Numbered from the stretch's first letter, positions 1 to 12,900 are shown. The stretch: 61,026 bases of DNA from an uncultured Lachnospiraceae bacterium (GCA_964489405.1 CAZAYL010000003.1:1-61026), one strand, 5' to 3'. Numbers and translations: made by a program. The notes: a model not told the origin generated them from the letters alone.

Positions 1-29
1 AAACTAAATCAAAATTCATTATTCGCACC

Positions 30-1250
30 TTGTTTATATCGGTGTGTCTTTTGTCGATTTTGTTACTCTTAATCCCGTTCTCCTTCGACTCGTCGGGTGA
101 GAATATTCGGAGAAGTGAGGCGCTTGCTGATCCATTGTCATTGACCGTGTTGGTGTTTTGCGAAAGAGGGGTGCTGCCGTCATGCACTATTAAAGTCGGT
201 AATGAGGATAAAACTTTGACAGCGAAAGCCTGTGATAGCTCGCACGCGAAATACGGTGTGGGATCTGATCACGTGTATTTTGAGTATTACGCCGATGTGG
301 ATGTGGATTACGCCTTGGAAATTTGCGATGCTCCGACTGGGTACATATGGGAACGTTGTAGTAACAGCAATGGAAGTTACTTGTGGGCTGAATGTAACGA
401 TATGAGATTTAAGTGGAAATACGGCGGGGACGAGACGGTTATTTTGCGATTAGCAGAGAAGGGTTACACCATAACCTGCAACAATACGGGCGATGGGGGC
501 ACGACGTCGGAAAAAGTTTCGGAAGGTTCGAGTGTGACAATAAACGCGGGAACGAAAACGGGATACGACTTTTTGAATTGGACAGATAGTTCGGGAACTA
601 AAAAAAGTACATCATCAAGTTATACAATAAATTACAGCGATTTGAGTGGCGATATCACGTTGACAGCCAATTGGACACCGCAAAAATATTCGATCACGTA
701 CAACTACACGGGAGATTTGAACAACAAGGATAAATTGGACGCTGATTGGGGTGGGAGAACTGCGCCGACCACACATACATATAACACCGCGACAACGCTT
801 GTGCTACCTAGCCGAAACAATTACACCTTTGCCGGTTGGTACAAATTGAGTGATTGCAGTGGAACGGCGTTGACAAGTTTGAGCGGAACGGGCTACACCA
901 CGAATATTGTGCTGTATGGGAAGTGGACAAAAGAACGCAGTTTACTAACCATAACGCCAAGAATCAACGGCGCGGGAAATTATAGCGTTGTGCTTTACCT
1001 ACTAAAAGACGGGAAAGTGCAAAGTCAAATGGTTGCGACAAACGGCAAAACAATTGAATTATGGCAGAAAATTGGCGGTAGTTATTCGATACTTATAGGC
1101 AAACCATATATGTGGGCGCTAAGTGTCAGTGGCGATTGCACACAAGACACCACGAACCTAAATAAAATAGATTATACAGTTACAGTTGACGACAAGAATA
1201 TAACATTAACGATTAGAGGGGGCGCGTCGTCAAGCGTGGTTGTGATTTAG
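30..1250 (+). CDS. Surface protein with signal/anchor sequence and two Listeria-Bacteroides-type repeats; possibly 5'-truncated by the window edge
   Basis: ORF 30..1250 (TTG start). The frame has no stop back to nt 3, so the true start may lie upstream. A basic stretch then a hydrophobic run (FISVCLLSILLLLIPF) looks like a signal/anchor. Two ~75-aa repeats (about nt 463-938) end in GYDFLNWTD...LTANWT and YTFAGWYKLSDCSG...VLYGKWT, the signature of the Listeria-Bacteroides repeat family (PF09479). Confidence 0.8.
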   Translation: MFISVCLLSILLLLIPFSFDSSGENIRRSEALADPLSLTVLVFCERGVLPSCTIKVGNEDKTLTAKACDSSHAKYGVGSDHVYFEYYADVDVDYALEICDAPTGYIWERCSNSNGSYLWAECNDMRFKWKYGGDETVILRLAEKGYTITCNNTGDGGTTSEKVSEGSSVTINAGTKTGYDFLNWTDSSGTKKSTSSSYTINYSDLSGDITLTANWTPQKYSITYNYTGDLNNKDKLDADWGGRTAPTTHTYNTATTLVLPSRNNYTFAGWYKLSDCSGTALTSLSGTGYTTNIVLYGKWTKERSLLTITPRINGAGNYSVVLYLLKDGKVQSQMVATNGKTIELWQKIGGSYSILIGKPYMWALSVSGDCTQDTTNLNKIDYTVTVDDKNITLTIRGGASSSVVVI

Positions 1251-1262
1251 AATATACAAAAA

Positions 1263-1297
1263 ATCGATTTAGTGTTTTCACTAGGTTGATTTTTTTT
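1263..1297 (+). terminator. Intrinsic terminator after the first surface-protein gene
   Basis: ATCGATTTAGTG (1263-1274) pairs with CACTAGGTTGAT (1279-1290): 12 bp including 3 G-U pairs, TTTT loop, followed by a T7 run (1291-1297). Confidence 0.6.
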
Positions 1298-1428
1298 GTC
1301 AAAAGTGTTAGTATAGTGCTAGAGATTTGACAAATGTCGCAATAAATAAAACAAACTACTGCGTTTCATCTTTTTAGTTGTGTGGCACGTTTGCTGATTG
1401 GTTGTAGCATTTTATCGACTTTAAAAGG

Positions 1429-2631
1429 ATGAAAATTATGGACAAAATTGTTTCACTTGTTGCGTGCGACGAGTATGACGAAAATAAGGTTTTTTGTGCG
1501 GTTAAGGACGCCGTCGACAAAATCGGTGGTATTGAAAAATTTGTTAAGGCAGGGCAACGCGTCGCAATCAAAGCGAACCTTTTGATGAAAGCAACCCCCG
1601 ACAAATGCGCGACAACGCACCCACTTGTTGTTTCCGCAATTGGCAGACTTTGCAAAAGCGCAGGCGCAAACGTCGTCATTGTCGACAGTGCGGGCGGGCC
1701 ATTCACATCGGGCTATATGAACAGCATTTATAAAGCAAGCGGTATTGCAGATATTGCAGAAAAATACGGCTTTGAATTGAATGAAGATTTTGACTTTGTG
1801 TCGGTTGAAAATCCTAACGGCGTCGTCGGCAAAAAGTTTGATGTTTTGCAGACTCTTTTTAGCGCGGACGTCATCATAAACGCATCAAAGTTGAAAACGC
1901 ACGCCTTTGCGGGGTTTACCAACGCCGTCAAAAATATGTTTGGCGCAATCCCAGGACTGACCAAAGTGGAAATGCACGGAAAATATAGAGATATCGACAC
2001 ATTTTGCGATTTTTTGTATGATATTCACACGTATTTTGGGGATAAATTGTGTCTTAATATCAGTGACGCCGTTTGGGGAATGGAAGGCGAGGGACCTAGC
2101 AACGGAACCCCGCGCAAAATCGGCGCAATTTTGGCGTCGAGCAACGCACTTGCGCTAGATGTCGTCAGCGTTAAGTTGATTAATGCCGACATTAGCGAAA
2201 TGCCGACAATTACAAAAGGGCGCGCCCGCGGTTTTATCGACGACTATAATGTGGAAATCATCGGCGAAAATGTGGAAAACCTTGTCGTAAAAGATTTCCA
2301 GAACATCACGCCCAATGTTCAAAAACCATACGCGAATTATGTCCCGCAGTGTTTACAAAAATTTGTCCACAACATTATGACACAACGTCCCAAAATTAAT
2401 CACAAAATATGTCGTGGTTGCGGAAAGTGCTTCGAGCATTGCCCCGTCAAAGCCATTTCAATGATTGTGGATAAGAATGGCAAAAAAGTTGCAAAAATTG
2501 ACTATGACAAGTGTATTAGGTGCTTTTGTTGTCAAGAGCTTTGTCCATTCGGAGTCATCAAAATTAAGTCAGGTATGATTTACAAAATTGTGCACAAGGA
2601 CACAAAGAAGCGTAGAAAATCTCAAAATTAA
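1429..2631 (+). CDS. DUF362 domain protein fused to a 2x[4Fe-4S] ferredoxin domain
   Basis: 400-aa ORF. The N-terminal ~300 aa resembles the DUF362 family (IKANLL, KLKTHAFAGFTNAVKNMFG). The C-terminus carries two CxxCxxCxxxCP motifs (CRGCGKCFEHCP, CIRCFCCQELCP). An alternative start at 1438 is possible. Confidence 0.8.
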   Translation: MKIMDKIVSLVACDEYDENKVFCAVKDAVDKIGGIEKFVKAGQRVAIKANLLMKATPDKCATTHPLVVSAIGRLCKSAGANVVIVDSAGGPFTSGYMNSIYKASGIADIAEKYGFELNEDFDFVSVENPNGVVGKKFDVLQTLFSADVIINASKLKTHAFAGFTNAVKNMFGAIPGLTKVEMHGKYRDIDTFCDFLYDIHTYFGDKLCLNISDAVWGMEGEGPSNGTPRKIGAILASSNALALDVVSVKLINADISEMPTITKGRARGFIDDYNVEIIGENVENLVVKDFQNITPNVQKPYANYVPQCLQKFVHNIMTQRPKINHKICRGCGKCFEHCPVKAISMIVDKNGKKVAKIDYDKCIRCFCCQELCPFGVIKIKSGMIYKIVHKDTKKRRKSQN

Positions 2632-2674
2632 GCATATAGGCACACAAAATCATATAAAAATAGTTCAAAAATTA

Positions 2675-2703
2675 TTGACTTTGTTTTGCAAAAATTATAT
2701 AAT
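2675..2703 (+). promoter_or_regulatory. Sigma-70-like promoter consensus (TTGACT-17-TATAAT), function uncertain
   Basis: TTGACT at 2675-2680, 17-nt spacer, TATAAT at 2698-2703. It sits immediately upstream of the hairpin at 2712-2739 and ~340 nt upstream of the CDS at 3042. Confidence 0.35.
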
Positions 2704-2711
2704 ATTTTATC

Positions 2712-2744
2712 AGCATATATATTATTAAATATATATGCTCTTTT
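2712..2744 (+). terminator. AT-rich perfect hairpin plus T-run; possible terminator of the DUF362 gene
   Basis: AGCATATATAT (2712-2722) / ATATATATGCT (2729-2739): perfect 11-bp stem, 6-nt loop, then CTTTTG. The stem is mostly A-T, so stability is modest. Confidence 0.45.
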
Positions 2745-3041
2745 GATTATTTGGGGAGTGTCGCAAAGCGTGTAAATTATGTTTGCACATTTTGCAATAT
2801 TTCCTATGTGTCCTACAAATTCTTTAACAAAATAAAATTATATCAATTATAGCACTAAGTTTGATTTACTAATTTGAATGGCGTGTATCATGTACATTGT
2901 GTAAATATATTTTACATTTTTTGACTTTCACTTTGAGAGTTGCACTAACTTTGATTGCAAAGACAATACTTTTTAGCATTCTCTCAAATATAAATAAAAC
3001 AAAAAAGCGACAAAAATAAATTAAAGGGGAAACCCAATATT

Positions 3042-3944
3042 ATGAGCAAGAATAAAACAAAGGAAAGGAAGCCTTTTGAATTCACAAAGAAAAGCATTAT
3101 TGCACTAATCTTTGTGTCAATAGCAGGCATTATGAGTGGCATATTTGTTGGCGGGTTCTTCATCGGAGCACCACAAGTTGACTATTCGCAATATAACGAA
3201 GCGGAATTGCGCGACGACACTAAATCTCTTTCAAAGAACGCTAATGGTAAAAGTCCGTCATCATACAAGGCATATGAGATTTTTGAAATAGCTGAAGAGC
3301 GAATGATTACACACGGGAATGTGTACGCGTATGGTACAGGGGTCGTAAAGAACTCTTTTGCTGACCAAAAAGTTTCTAGTACCAAAGCGTATGAAAATGG
3401 ACGCTATTTCAAGGAGAGTGTCAGTAAGGGGTTAAAGAGCGTCGGCGAGCGCGACTATTATGACGAGGGGAGCAATAGCATTCACTATTATTCAGGTTCG
3501 GGTATAACTGAGGAGTTGACCGCCACGTGGAAAGACAAAGGCGAGATTACACTTGATAATTTCAAAGAAACAAATGGCGTACAAATTACATCATTCATTC
3601 CGTATATTGTATCAAGCAAAACTGTTCTAAACAAAAGTGCAACACCCAAGGAAATTACTTTAGAAGACGGCAGTAAGGCGTATGAAATAGTCGTTGAACT
3701 TGACGCGATTTTGAGTGTGCTTAACTACGTCAAACAAATGAAGAATATTTCACAATTGCCAAGTTATCCAACATTTGAGTCAATTACACTCACTTGCGTG
3801 ATTGACGAAACATTTAGATTTATTTCAATTGACACAATTGAAAAATACACTGTCAATTATATGGGTGTCAATGCAAGTTGTACGGGTACACTTAGAGAAG
3901 ATTTCACATATGGTAAAAATGATTTTATTCCTGTTTCAGGATGA
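3042..3944 (+). CDS. Membrane-anchored hypothetical protein (N-terminal TM helix, extracytoplasmic body)
   Basis: 300-aa ORF with an AAAGGGGA Shine-Dalgarno upstream. Basic N-terminus followed by a TM helix (IIALIFVSIAGIMSGIFVGGFFIG). I recognise no family. The TGA stop lies 19 nt before the giant gene, so they are probably co-transcribed. Confidence 0.7.
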   Translation: MSKNKTKERKPFEFTKKSIIALIFVSIAGIMSGIFVGGFFIGAPQVDYSQYNEAELRDDTKSLSKNANGKSPSSYKAYEIFEIAEERMITHGNVYAYGTGVVKNSFADQKVSSTKAYENGRYFKESVSKGLKSVGERDYYDEGSNSIHYYSGSGITEELTATWKDKGEITLDNFKETNGVQITSFIPYIVSSKTVLNKSATPKEITLEDGSKAYEIVVELDAILSVLNYVKQMKNISQLPSYPTFESITLTCVIDETFRFISIDTIEKYTVNYMGVNASCTGTLREDFTYGKNDFIPVSG

Positions 3945-3963
3945 TTGATAATTCGAGGGTAAA

Positions 3964-6900
3964 ATGAGAAAATTTTTTGTATATTTTTTGACATACATCG
4001 TTATGTTGATGTCAGGTGTGGGCGGGGTATTTTTGTTTACCAACCACACTTCGCCCGCACGGCAAGTGCAACAAGCTGACTCATCGGCTTTTGATAAGGT
4101 CGTCAGCAATATAATGAACGCCAAGGCGCTTACAGCGGGCGGAGAGTTTGTCATCAAAGAGAATGGAACGCAATTTGCAAATGTTACGCTTAGTGTTCGA
4201 ATGGATTTGGTGGACGGTTTCACTAAATTTAACCTTGCAGGTGCGATAAACATTGAGCGCGACGGCAATAATCTTGCAATTGATTTTGCGTACATCGATA
4301 GCAAAATATACGTTGACCTTTTGGGCGCAAAATATCAAGCAACAATGGATGATATTGGCGGGCTTATCAAAGTTGTGAGTGCTTCGCTTTCAAGTGTTTT
4401 GCCTGAAGTCGATATCGCAAGTATGCTTGACGTCAATGCGCTAATGCTTTTGATGCAAAATGTTACCGAAGAGAAAGGCGAAAATGAAATTTTGTTGAAG
4501 ATGAATACATCGGGTGGGGATATTGTTATAAAGACCGACCTTGAATACAATATTCAAAGTGTCGATATTCCAAAACTTGTGTTTGGAGAGTTTACAATTG
4601 ACCCAAATGTTGCACTCGAAACAAAAAGTGCATTGATAGGACTTGAAAAACCTAAGGATGAGAGTTTATACGCAGAAGCGTCGAAGCAATTTGTTGTTTT
4701 GACAGCGCTACTCAACACAGTGCAGACGCCTTTTGTTGCAAAAGTTAATATATTAGGGCAAGAAAGCGATTTAATTTACGACAAAACAAATGCGTCATTG
4801 TCGTCAAAAATCAATGGAAATGAATTAAAAATTACATATTATAATAATTGCGTCTATGCAAATTTTGGCACATTTGGAATTAAGTGTGATAGCGGTGACT
4901 TTGATACATTAAAAGAGTTTTTTAGTGATAAAATTGATTTTGAGCAACTTACAACGCACACAATCGTGGCAACAATGATTGAAAAAATCAAAGCAATTGA
5001 TTTTTCACGCTTAACCCTTGAGTTTTTGAACCAAATAGTCGTCGATGAGAATGGCGGACTGACATTTGAATGTAATGATTTTGCATTAAATATTCAATCT
5101 TACCAATCTAAAATCACGAAAGCGGTTGTTGTGTACAAAGGGTATACATTAGAGAGTGAGTTTAGTTATACAAATGTTCCGCAAGTAAAGGTACCAAGTG
5201 TCAAATATTTGTCAGCAACAAATGTCCTTGACCTAGCAAATGCTATGGCACAAACTGCAAAATCAAACGATGTGAATGCAAACATAGATTTGGTAGTTGG
5301 CGAATACTTGCTAAATGTAAATATGTGCTATGCCTTCAACAGTGGAAATATATATCTAAATCTATCAACCCAAATTGGCGAAAATGATTTTGATATCACA
5401 TACCAAAATGGCGTTGCATATGTTTCATACCAAGGAATAAAAATCAAAATTACTGAACAAACAATCAAAGATTTGATGACTGAATTTAATCTTGATGGCA
5501 AATTTGATAACATCGAAAGTATAATAAACAAGATGAGAAACATCAATCTTGACACAGTTACATTAAACAGTATCAAGCAAATGTTCAACATCAACTTGAC
5601 AAAAGAACAAAAACAAGCAATTTTGGCAGTAGCACAAACTGCACTTAACGTACTTTCGAGCACTACACTTGGAATGAATAGCGACATTTTGTCTGTTATT
5701 AGCGGAGATTTTGACGCAAATATTGAACTCAATGACGGCAAAATTAGCAATTTGTCAATAAAGTATAAAGAGTATTCAATTGAATCAAAATTTGAATATG
5801 TTTCATTTGAGCAAAAGACAATCGAAATTGATGAATACATTGACGCAATGCAACTTGCAAGGGTGGCAAAGAATTTTATTAGTTCCGCAAAAGATGGAAT
5901 ATTTGCGACATTTGTTGCCAATTATGAAGACGTCAGCATAAGCGGACAAATTAATGTAATTAGCAAGGACATCGAGATTTCGGCGGTCGCAACATATGGG
6001 GAATATACAGCAAATATCGCATTTGTCAATGATGTTGTGTATGTTTCAGCACTTGGTGCAAAAGTGAAGTTTGCGCTCAGTGATATTGATAAAGTTCAAA
6101 ATTTATTAAACACGCTCAATGTGTCAATGCCACAAATGCCAAATGTGTCTATCGACGCAAACGCAATTTTGGGTGTCGTCAATAAATTGTTCCTTGCATA
6201 CACATCAGATAAAATAAGCGCAAATTATGAAGATTATGCCGTTTCGCTCAATATTGAAAATAACAACATCAGTGGCGCAAAACTATGCGAAAATGGCGCG
6301 GAAATACTAGCAATCGACTTTTCCACAACCCGCAACGAAATAAGTGTTGCTAATCCTTGCGAATATCTTGACATAACGGAGTTATTCCCACTTGTCGAAC
6401 CTATTATAAACACAATTAGTTCAAACAATTTTAGCGGAACAGCTGTATTGAAAGTAAGTTTGAACAACCAACTTGTCGAATTTAATATTGACTACAAAAT
6501 TTCAATTGTGGATGGAGAAATAAAAGCAAACGCTATAGTTACTGCATACGGAATTACAATCGACATAACATACTTAGATAACGTAATATATATAAAGGCA
6601 GGGAAACTTGCTGTTAACGCAAAAATTAGCGAATTAGATAAAATTGTGGAATTTGTCGAAAATAATTTTGGGACAATCAGCTCACAACTATCGACTATTA
6701 GTGCGGTAAACATTACTGACATACTGGGAATGGTAACAAGCGCACTAAGCGTCAGCGACTTAAGTTTTGTCAATACAATTGATGTTTTAAACAATAGCGC
6801 ATTTATCCAAATCGGAAAAATTGGTTTAACACTCGAATTTGATACAGCGATTACGGGCGTCGAAATTGAAATAACAGATTTAGATATAAGTGAAATAAGT

Positions 6901-9900
6901 ATTGACAGTTTGAATTTTGCAACATCAATTAACACGAGTGCAGTTGTTATTGCAAACTCTTTGTGCGAATATGTCGACATCAATGACATTTTGTCTGTTG
7001 CAAATAGCGTAATTGCAACGGCAAAAAGTAACGCGGTCAGTGGACAAATCGACCTACAACTTACGGATGGAGTTGTTCCAATCGACGGCATAACCAGCAA
7101 AAACTTGCACTTTGTCATAAACTATAACTATAGTTACAACGGCGGGAATATCAAGTTTGACGCAAATACCGAACTTTTGGGCAATACACTCTCAGTTGTG
7201 CTTGTCGATAACGTGGTTTATATTGCATACCAAGACATCAATGTTTATGCAACGCTCGAAAGTTTTGGCAAAATTGATTTAAATGCCGAAATTTCGCAAC
7301 AACAAATTATTGAATATGTAAAACTTGCAATTTCAAGCATTTCGCTATCGTATGACAATGATACTTTGATTGTTTTGGGCAAAAATCTTGCAAAACTCAA
7401 TAGCGCAAAAATCAGTATTACAACCGAAAACAGCGAGCTTACAAATGTTTCGCTCACTTGCGACTATGCCTCTATAAATATTACATTTGCTCTAACAGAG
7501 AATTATAATGATGTTACATTGAAAGAAAACTATATAGAAGCAGAGAATATTGTTGAACTTGTCAAAAACATTATTGACGCAACAACACAAAGACACGTGT
7601 TTGCCGAAATTGATTTGAATATTGGAGAATATTCAATTAGCGGACTTGTAAATTATAGCGAAAACAATTTACAAGCGCAAATTTCGACGCAAATATTTGG
7701 TAAAAATCTCGATGTTAGACTACTCGAAAACACTATTTATGCAAACTTTGACGGAATGAAAGTTAAGTTTGCACTTAGCGACATTAACAAGGTTGTTGAA
7801 CTTATAAATAGGGCGCTTGGCGACACGCAATCAAAAATGCCGAATGTTGACATTAACATCGACAAAGCAGTCATTACAAAATATTTGAAAGCATTGCGTT
7901 TAGGTTATGACGGCAACAAAATAACCACAAAAGTTTCAAACTTTGATTTGAAAGATTTTGGACTCAATGTTAGTAGTCTTGACCTTTCAAAAATTGGCAT
8001 AGAATATACCAAATTTGCAAGCGGGGAATTAAATATTGTTGTCGATTGCAAAAACAACACACTAAACGGAGTATGTGTTTCAGTCAATGATTACGCAAAT
8101 GTCAATGTGAAATTCGAAAATACTCCTTGCAACATCAATCAAAGCACAAGCGGATATTTTGATATAATCGCGTTCTTACCATTTGTTGAGCCATTTATCG
8201 ACGGCTATTTATCTGGGATGTTTGGAACAATGACCATATCAGCCCCGCAGATAGAAAAAGTCGCAAGCGAACTTGTCGTTGACTATGCTTTCAATGCAGG
8301 CGCAATTCAATTAAATACAACAATTCTTAATCAAAAAATTGGCGCAACATTGAAAGATAATATTATATATCTTGAAATTAGTGGACTAAAATACAAGTTT
8401 GGCATCAATGAAATTGATGATATCATCGACTTAGTATGTCGTGAGTTTGACATTACAATCAACAAAACAATGGAAGATGAATTCTCGCTTGACAATATCA
8501 ATTTTGGAGATATCGGTTTTGAACTTTTGAATGATAAAAACTTGCAAATTACATACAAAAATTTGACTTTGCTTTTGAGTATTGAGAAAGGGTTTGTCGC
8601 AAGTGTCGAATTTGACGATGTAGCAGTTTCGCTCACGCAAAAAGTCGGCGCAAAGGCAATTACACTTGAAAGTGCGGACAAATATTTGCCGATATTTGGT
8701 GCGATTGAAAAAGCAAGTGCAATCTATTCAATTATAAGTGACGGCAAAGTGTCATTCGACCTAGATTTTACATACGATACAATCAAAGTTACTGGGAATG
8801 CAAGTATTGACTATAAAACGGTTATGCAGACCAAAAACATTTCTGACCTAAAAATTAGTGCAACACTTGTTGCGTTCGAAAAATCTGTAAATATCGATTT
8901 GCAAAACAATGTATTATATGTAAACTTTGACGGAATAAAAGTGAAATTTGCACTCAGCGATATTGATACAATGCTTGAGTGGCTTGAAAGTGAATTTAAT
9001 GTTAAAATTGACACAAACGCCAATGTTGACATCGACTTTAAAACGCTACTTAAATCAATTTGTCAAAGCGATCAAAATATAATGAATATTGAAACAAGTT
9101 TGCTAAGCGCAATACTTACATTTGAAAATAACGATATTCAATCAATATCTGTCAACTATGACAAAATTAGCGCAAAAATTGCAATCACAAACAATTTTGA
9201 AATTCGCAACATAATTAGCGAAAATTACAGCAATGTTGTCGATTTATTGCCGGTATGTAGCAAAATTTTGCAGGTATACTATACAAAATCGATTGCACTC
9301 GATGCTGAAATTAGCGCAAAATTGTTAGGGTACGACCAAATATTTGACGCAAGCATAAGCGTTGATTACAGCGATAAAATCAAAATTGATTTAGTTGCCG
9401 AATTTAAAGGACTTACTGCTACTATTTATGTGCGTGGAAGTACAATTTATGTTGACTTTGCAAATCTAAAAATACAATTTGTTGAAAGTGATTTATTGCA
9501 AATAGTTGACTTTGCGAATCGTAACTTTGGCGCAAATTTGATTGCACCAACCGAAAGCGGAATTGAAGGAAATATGGTTGTCGACTTTGTCAACAAAAAC
9601 TTTAACTTGGGTTTTGAACTCCCATATTTGGGGGATATAAACACAAAAGCAAAAGACATAAATCTTGACCAAATCATCGATACAATTAAAAAATTCGATT
9701 TCTCAACATTCGGAACATTTACATTGAATGATAATAAATTTGATATGAACATCAGTACAGGTTCAATCAGTCTTGACCTTGCCAAAATTCTAGACGTTGT
9801 TGTCGATTTTGAAGAAGTTAGAGCCAATGCTTCAATCATTGCAACAAGTGAAGCAGTCAAAATCGTACAAATCAATGGGAAAGATTATGCTACAGTTGAT

Positions 9901-12900
9901 GAATTGTTAAATACAATTCAGTGCGTCATCGACACCCTAAACACACAAAGATATACAGTCAGCGCAAGCACGCAAGTATATAATGGGCAAACAAAGCGTT
10001 TTGACGGTTCAATCAAAGCAAGTCTTGATATAAGTGGAGAGCAAAAATTGTTCCACGGCGTCGCAACACTTAACGGCGAACAAGATATTTCAGTTACGCT
10101 TGACTTTGACGGCACGTATATTTATGTCAACTATAGTGGACTAAAACTCAAAATTCATAAAACAAACATCAAAGAAATCGCGGGCATTGTTATGGCAGTG
10201 TTTGGATATGATATTAATAGTTTGGGAATCTTTGGAGATGTAGATTTAGGTAATTTAAACTTTGACAACTTCCAAAACGCAATGCCAAACATCGACCTTG
10301 GTGACCCATTCGCAATGCTCAAACTTGTACAAAGCATAAAATATTCAAATGGCGCGCTAACAATCAACCTCGACGGCAAGAAAATCAGTGGAAATACCAA
10401 CGCGCAAACAATGACGCTTAATATCAGTACAGCAAACGGCGAACTCAGCCATTTTGACCTTAATAATATGTACACAGGCGTTACATCAAGCGAATATTTC
10501 AATCTCAATATTGATTTTGTTGACTATGCGGGCGTTCCAGCCGTTTCGGGTACCTACTTTGATATTAGCAGTATCAGCCAATTGCTTAAAGGGGTTATCA
10601 ATACGTCAGAACTCAACGACTACCACATTACCGCTACACTTGATATCAAAATGACAATTATAGGAATAGATATTGACTGGAATATACCAATTGATATTCA
10701 AATCAAACTTGTCAATAAACGCCCAGTGATTAAAGCTGTCATTGGACCTATGCCGTCAGTCGAAGGTGTGAATAATGATGTTAAATTCATAGTGGGAGAT
10801 TGGGTAGACGGGATATATAAGTCAAAAGATAGATATATCAATATCTACTATCTAGATGAAAATGTTTATATTCACAGGACGGAAAATGTCGCAAAAACAC
10901 TAAATAGAACGCGCCTATATGAAAAGAAAACAATGGTTCATTACACAACATTCCTTGATAACATAATGTATTACGTGCAGTATATGACAGGGTTCACGGA
11001 CTCAATTATGAGCGCAATCAATGAATCAATGGAAAAAGCAAAAAATAGAGAAAATCCAATCGATATGGGCAACGTTTTACTAGACTATAATAATGATAAC
11101 GGCAACTATAACCTAAAACTCAATTTGAAAGAAATTTCAAATGATGAAAAACTTGATTCAATCGCAATTAGCATTAAACCATCATTCGTTGAGTCGGCGC
11201 AAAAAGAATACGTAACCGACCTAACAATGCAAATGGTAATGCCACTTGCAGACGGCGTCAATATGAATCTTGAAAGCAATGATATGAAACTCATTGACAT
11301 CGGCGAAACACTTGACCTAAGTAGCGTCTATAACTATGCAAATTCATACACCTATGCCGAAGGCGCAGAATGGACGGCTAGCGAAAGTGATTGGGAATGT
11401 CAAAAAACAGTTTCATACACAATGAGTTTTGAAACAAACGGCGGAGCAAGTGTCGCTAATATCACATGCGCACCGAGTTCAACAATCAGTTTACCAACCT
11501 ATGCAAATCGTGAAGTTGTTTCGGGCAACACCAAAACGACGTATCGCTTTGACGGTTGGTACACGAGCGAAACGTTCGACGACGGCACAAAATTTGACAG
11601 CAATAAAATGTCGCGTCAAGATATAAAGTTATACGCAAAATGGACTGAAATTGCACGTGTCAATATGTACACAATCAACTTTGTTACAAACGGTGGTGCA
11701 AGCGTTTCAAACATCAACCAGTATGAGGGTTATGCAATTAATTTGCCAACCTACGATGACCGAATTGAAATAACGGACACCGAAAAAACGACCTACCGCT
11801 TTGTCGGTTGGTATACAACAGAAAACTTTGACGAAAGCACAAAGTTTGAATTAACATCAATGCCAAGCGAAAGCGTAACCTTGTATGCTAAGTGGGAAGT
11901 TGTCAGTAACTACCAAAAACAAATAATCAACTTTATCGACGGTGACCAAGTTATTCGTACAATTTCAGGTTTCTACGGCGATGAAATAACGCTTTCAAGC
12001 CTAGAAAACAAGGAAATTTCGACAGAAACATCATATGAACTCTATGAGTTTGATGGGTGGTTCAAATCAAGTGCATATGAAATTGAAACATTGTTTGAAA
12101 GCAATTTAATGCCAAACGAAAGTTTTGATTTGTACGCAAAGTGGAATTTGATAGTTTCAAATCAAACCTTGACATTATTTGACGGCGGGAGCACAATTTC
12201 AACAATCAAAGCTAATGTTGGAGAAACAATTTCTTTGCCAATTTATCAAACACAAGTTATCGACAATATAACAAATCATACGAGAATAACGCGCACATTT
12301 GTGGGCTGGTTCACAACTCAAAATTTTGCGGATGGAACAATTTTTACAGCAACACAAATGCCGATATCGGGAATGTATCTCTATGCTAAATGGGATGAAA
12401 AAGTTGAAACAATCTATTCCGTCAAAATCACAAATGCAGGGACAATAGTGTACAATGAAATTGTGCTTAGTGGTACAACTATAGCAATGAATACTATTGA
12501 CGGCTACAAAGATTCAACACTTGTCTACTCAAGCGCAAATTTTGCGGAAAATACAAAGGTTGAGAATTTCACAATCTCAAATGATAGCGCGTGGTATTTG
12601 AGAAATAAATTTACTATCAATGTTTACTCCAAATACTCATCAAGTTTGAGTGCTACTTATTCACAAACATATGAATTGTATGAGGGTTCAAGCGTAACAT
12701 TACCGTCATTCTCAATGCTTTCAACAAATTGGGGTTCCTATACGAGTGAATATACATTCGGCGGGTATTCATTCAATAACACAGCCATAAAAGCCGGCAC
12801 AGTAACAACACCAAACGGTAATTGCACATACATCGCAATTTGGACTGAAACGCAATGGTGCACAGTCACGTTTGACGTGAACGCGTGGACAAAACCAAGT

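Noticed and set aside
1374-1706. A 110-aa minus-strand ORF overlapping the start of the DUF362 gene.
   Set aside because: It overlaps a well-supported CDS and has no recognisable motif or SD. It is probably spurious.
2779-2835. Tiny ORFs in long leaders, for example MFAHFAIFPMCPTNSLTK at 2779 and a 19-codon ORF from 13358, as possible leader peptides.
   Set aside because: They have no Shine-Dalgarno and no conservation evidence is available. Such ORFs are expected by chance.
3936-4338. Minus-strand ORFs (122 and 85 aa) across the junction of 3042-3944 and the giant gene.
   Set aside because: They are shadow ORFs opposite coding sequence. The + strand genes have an SD and a TM-anchor architecture.
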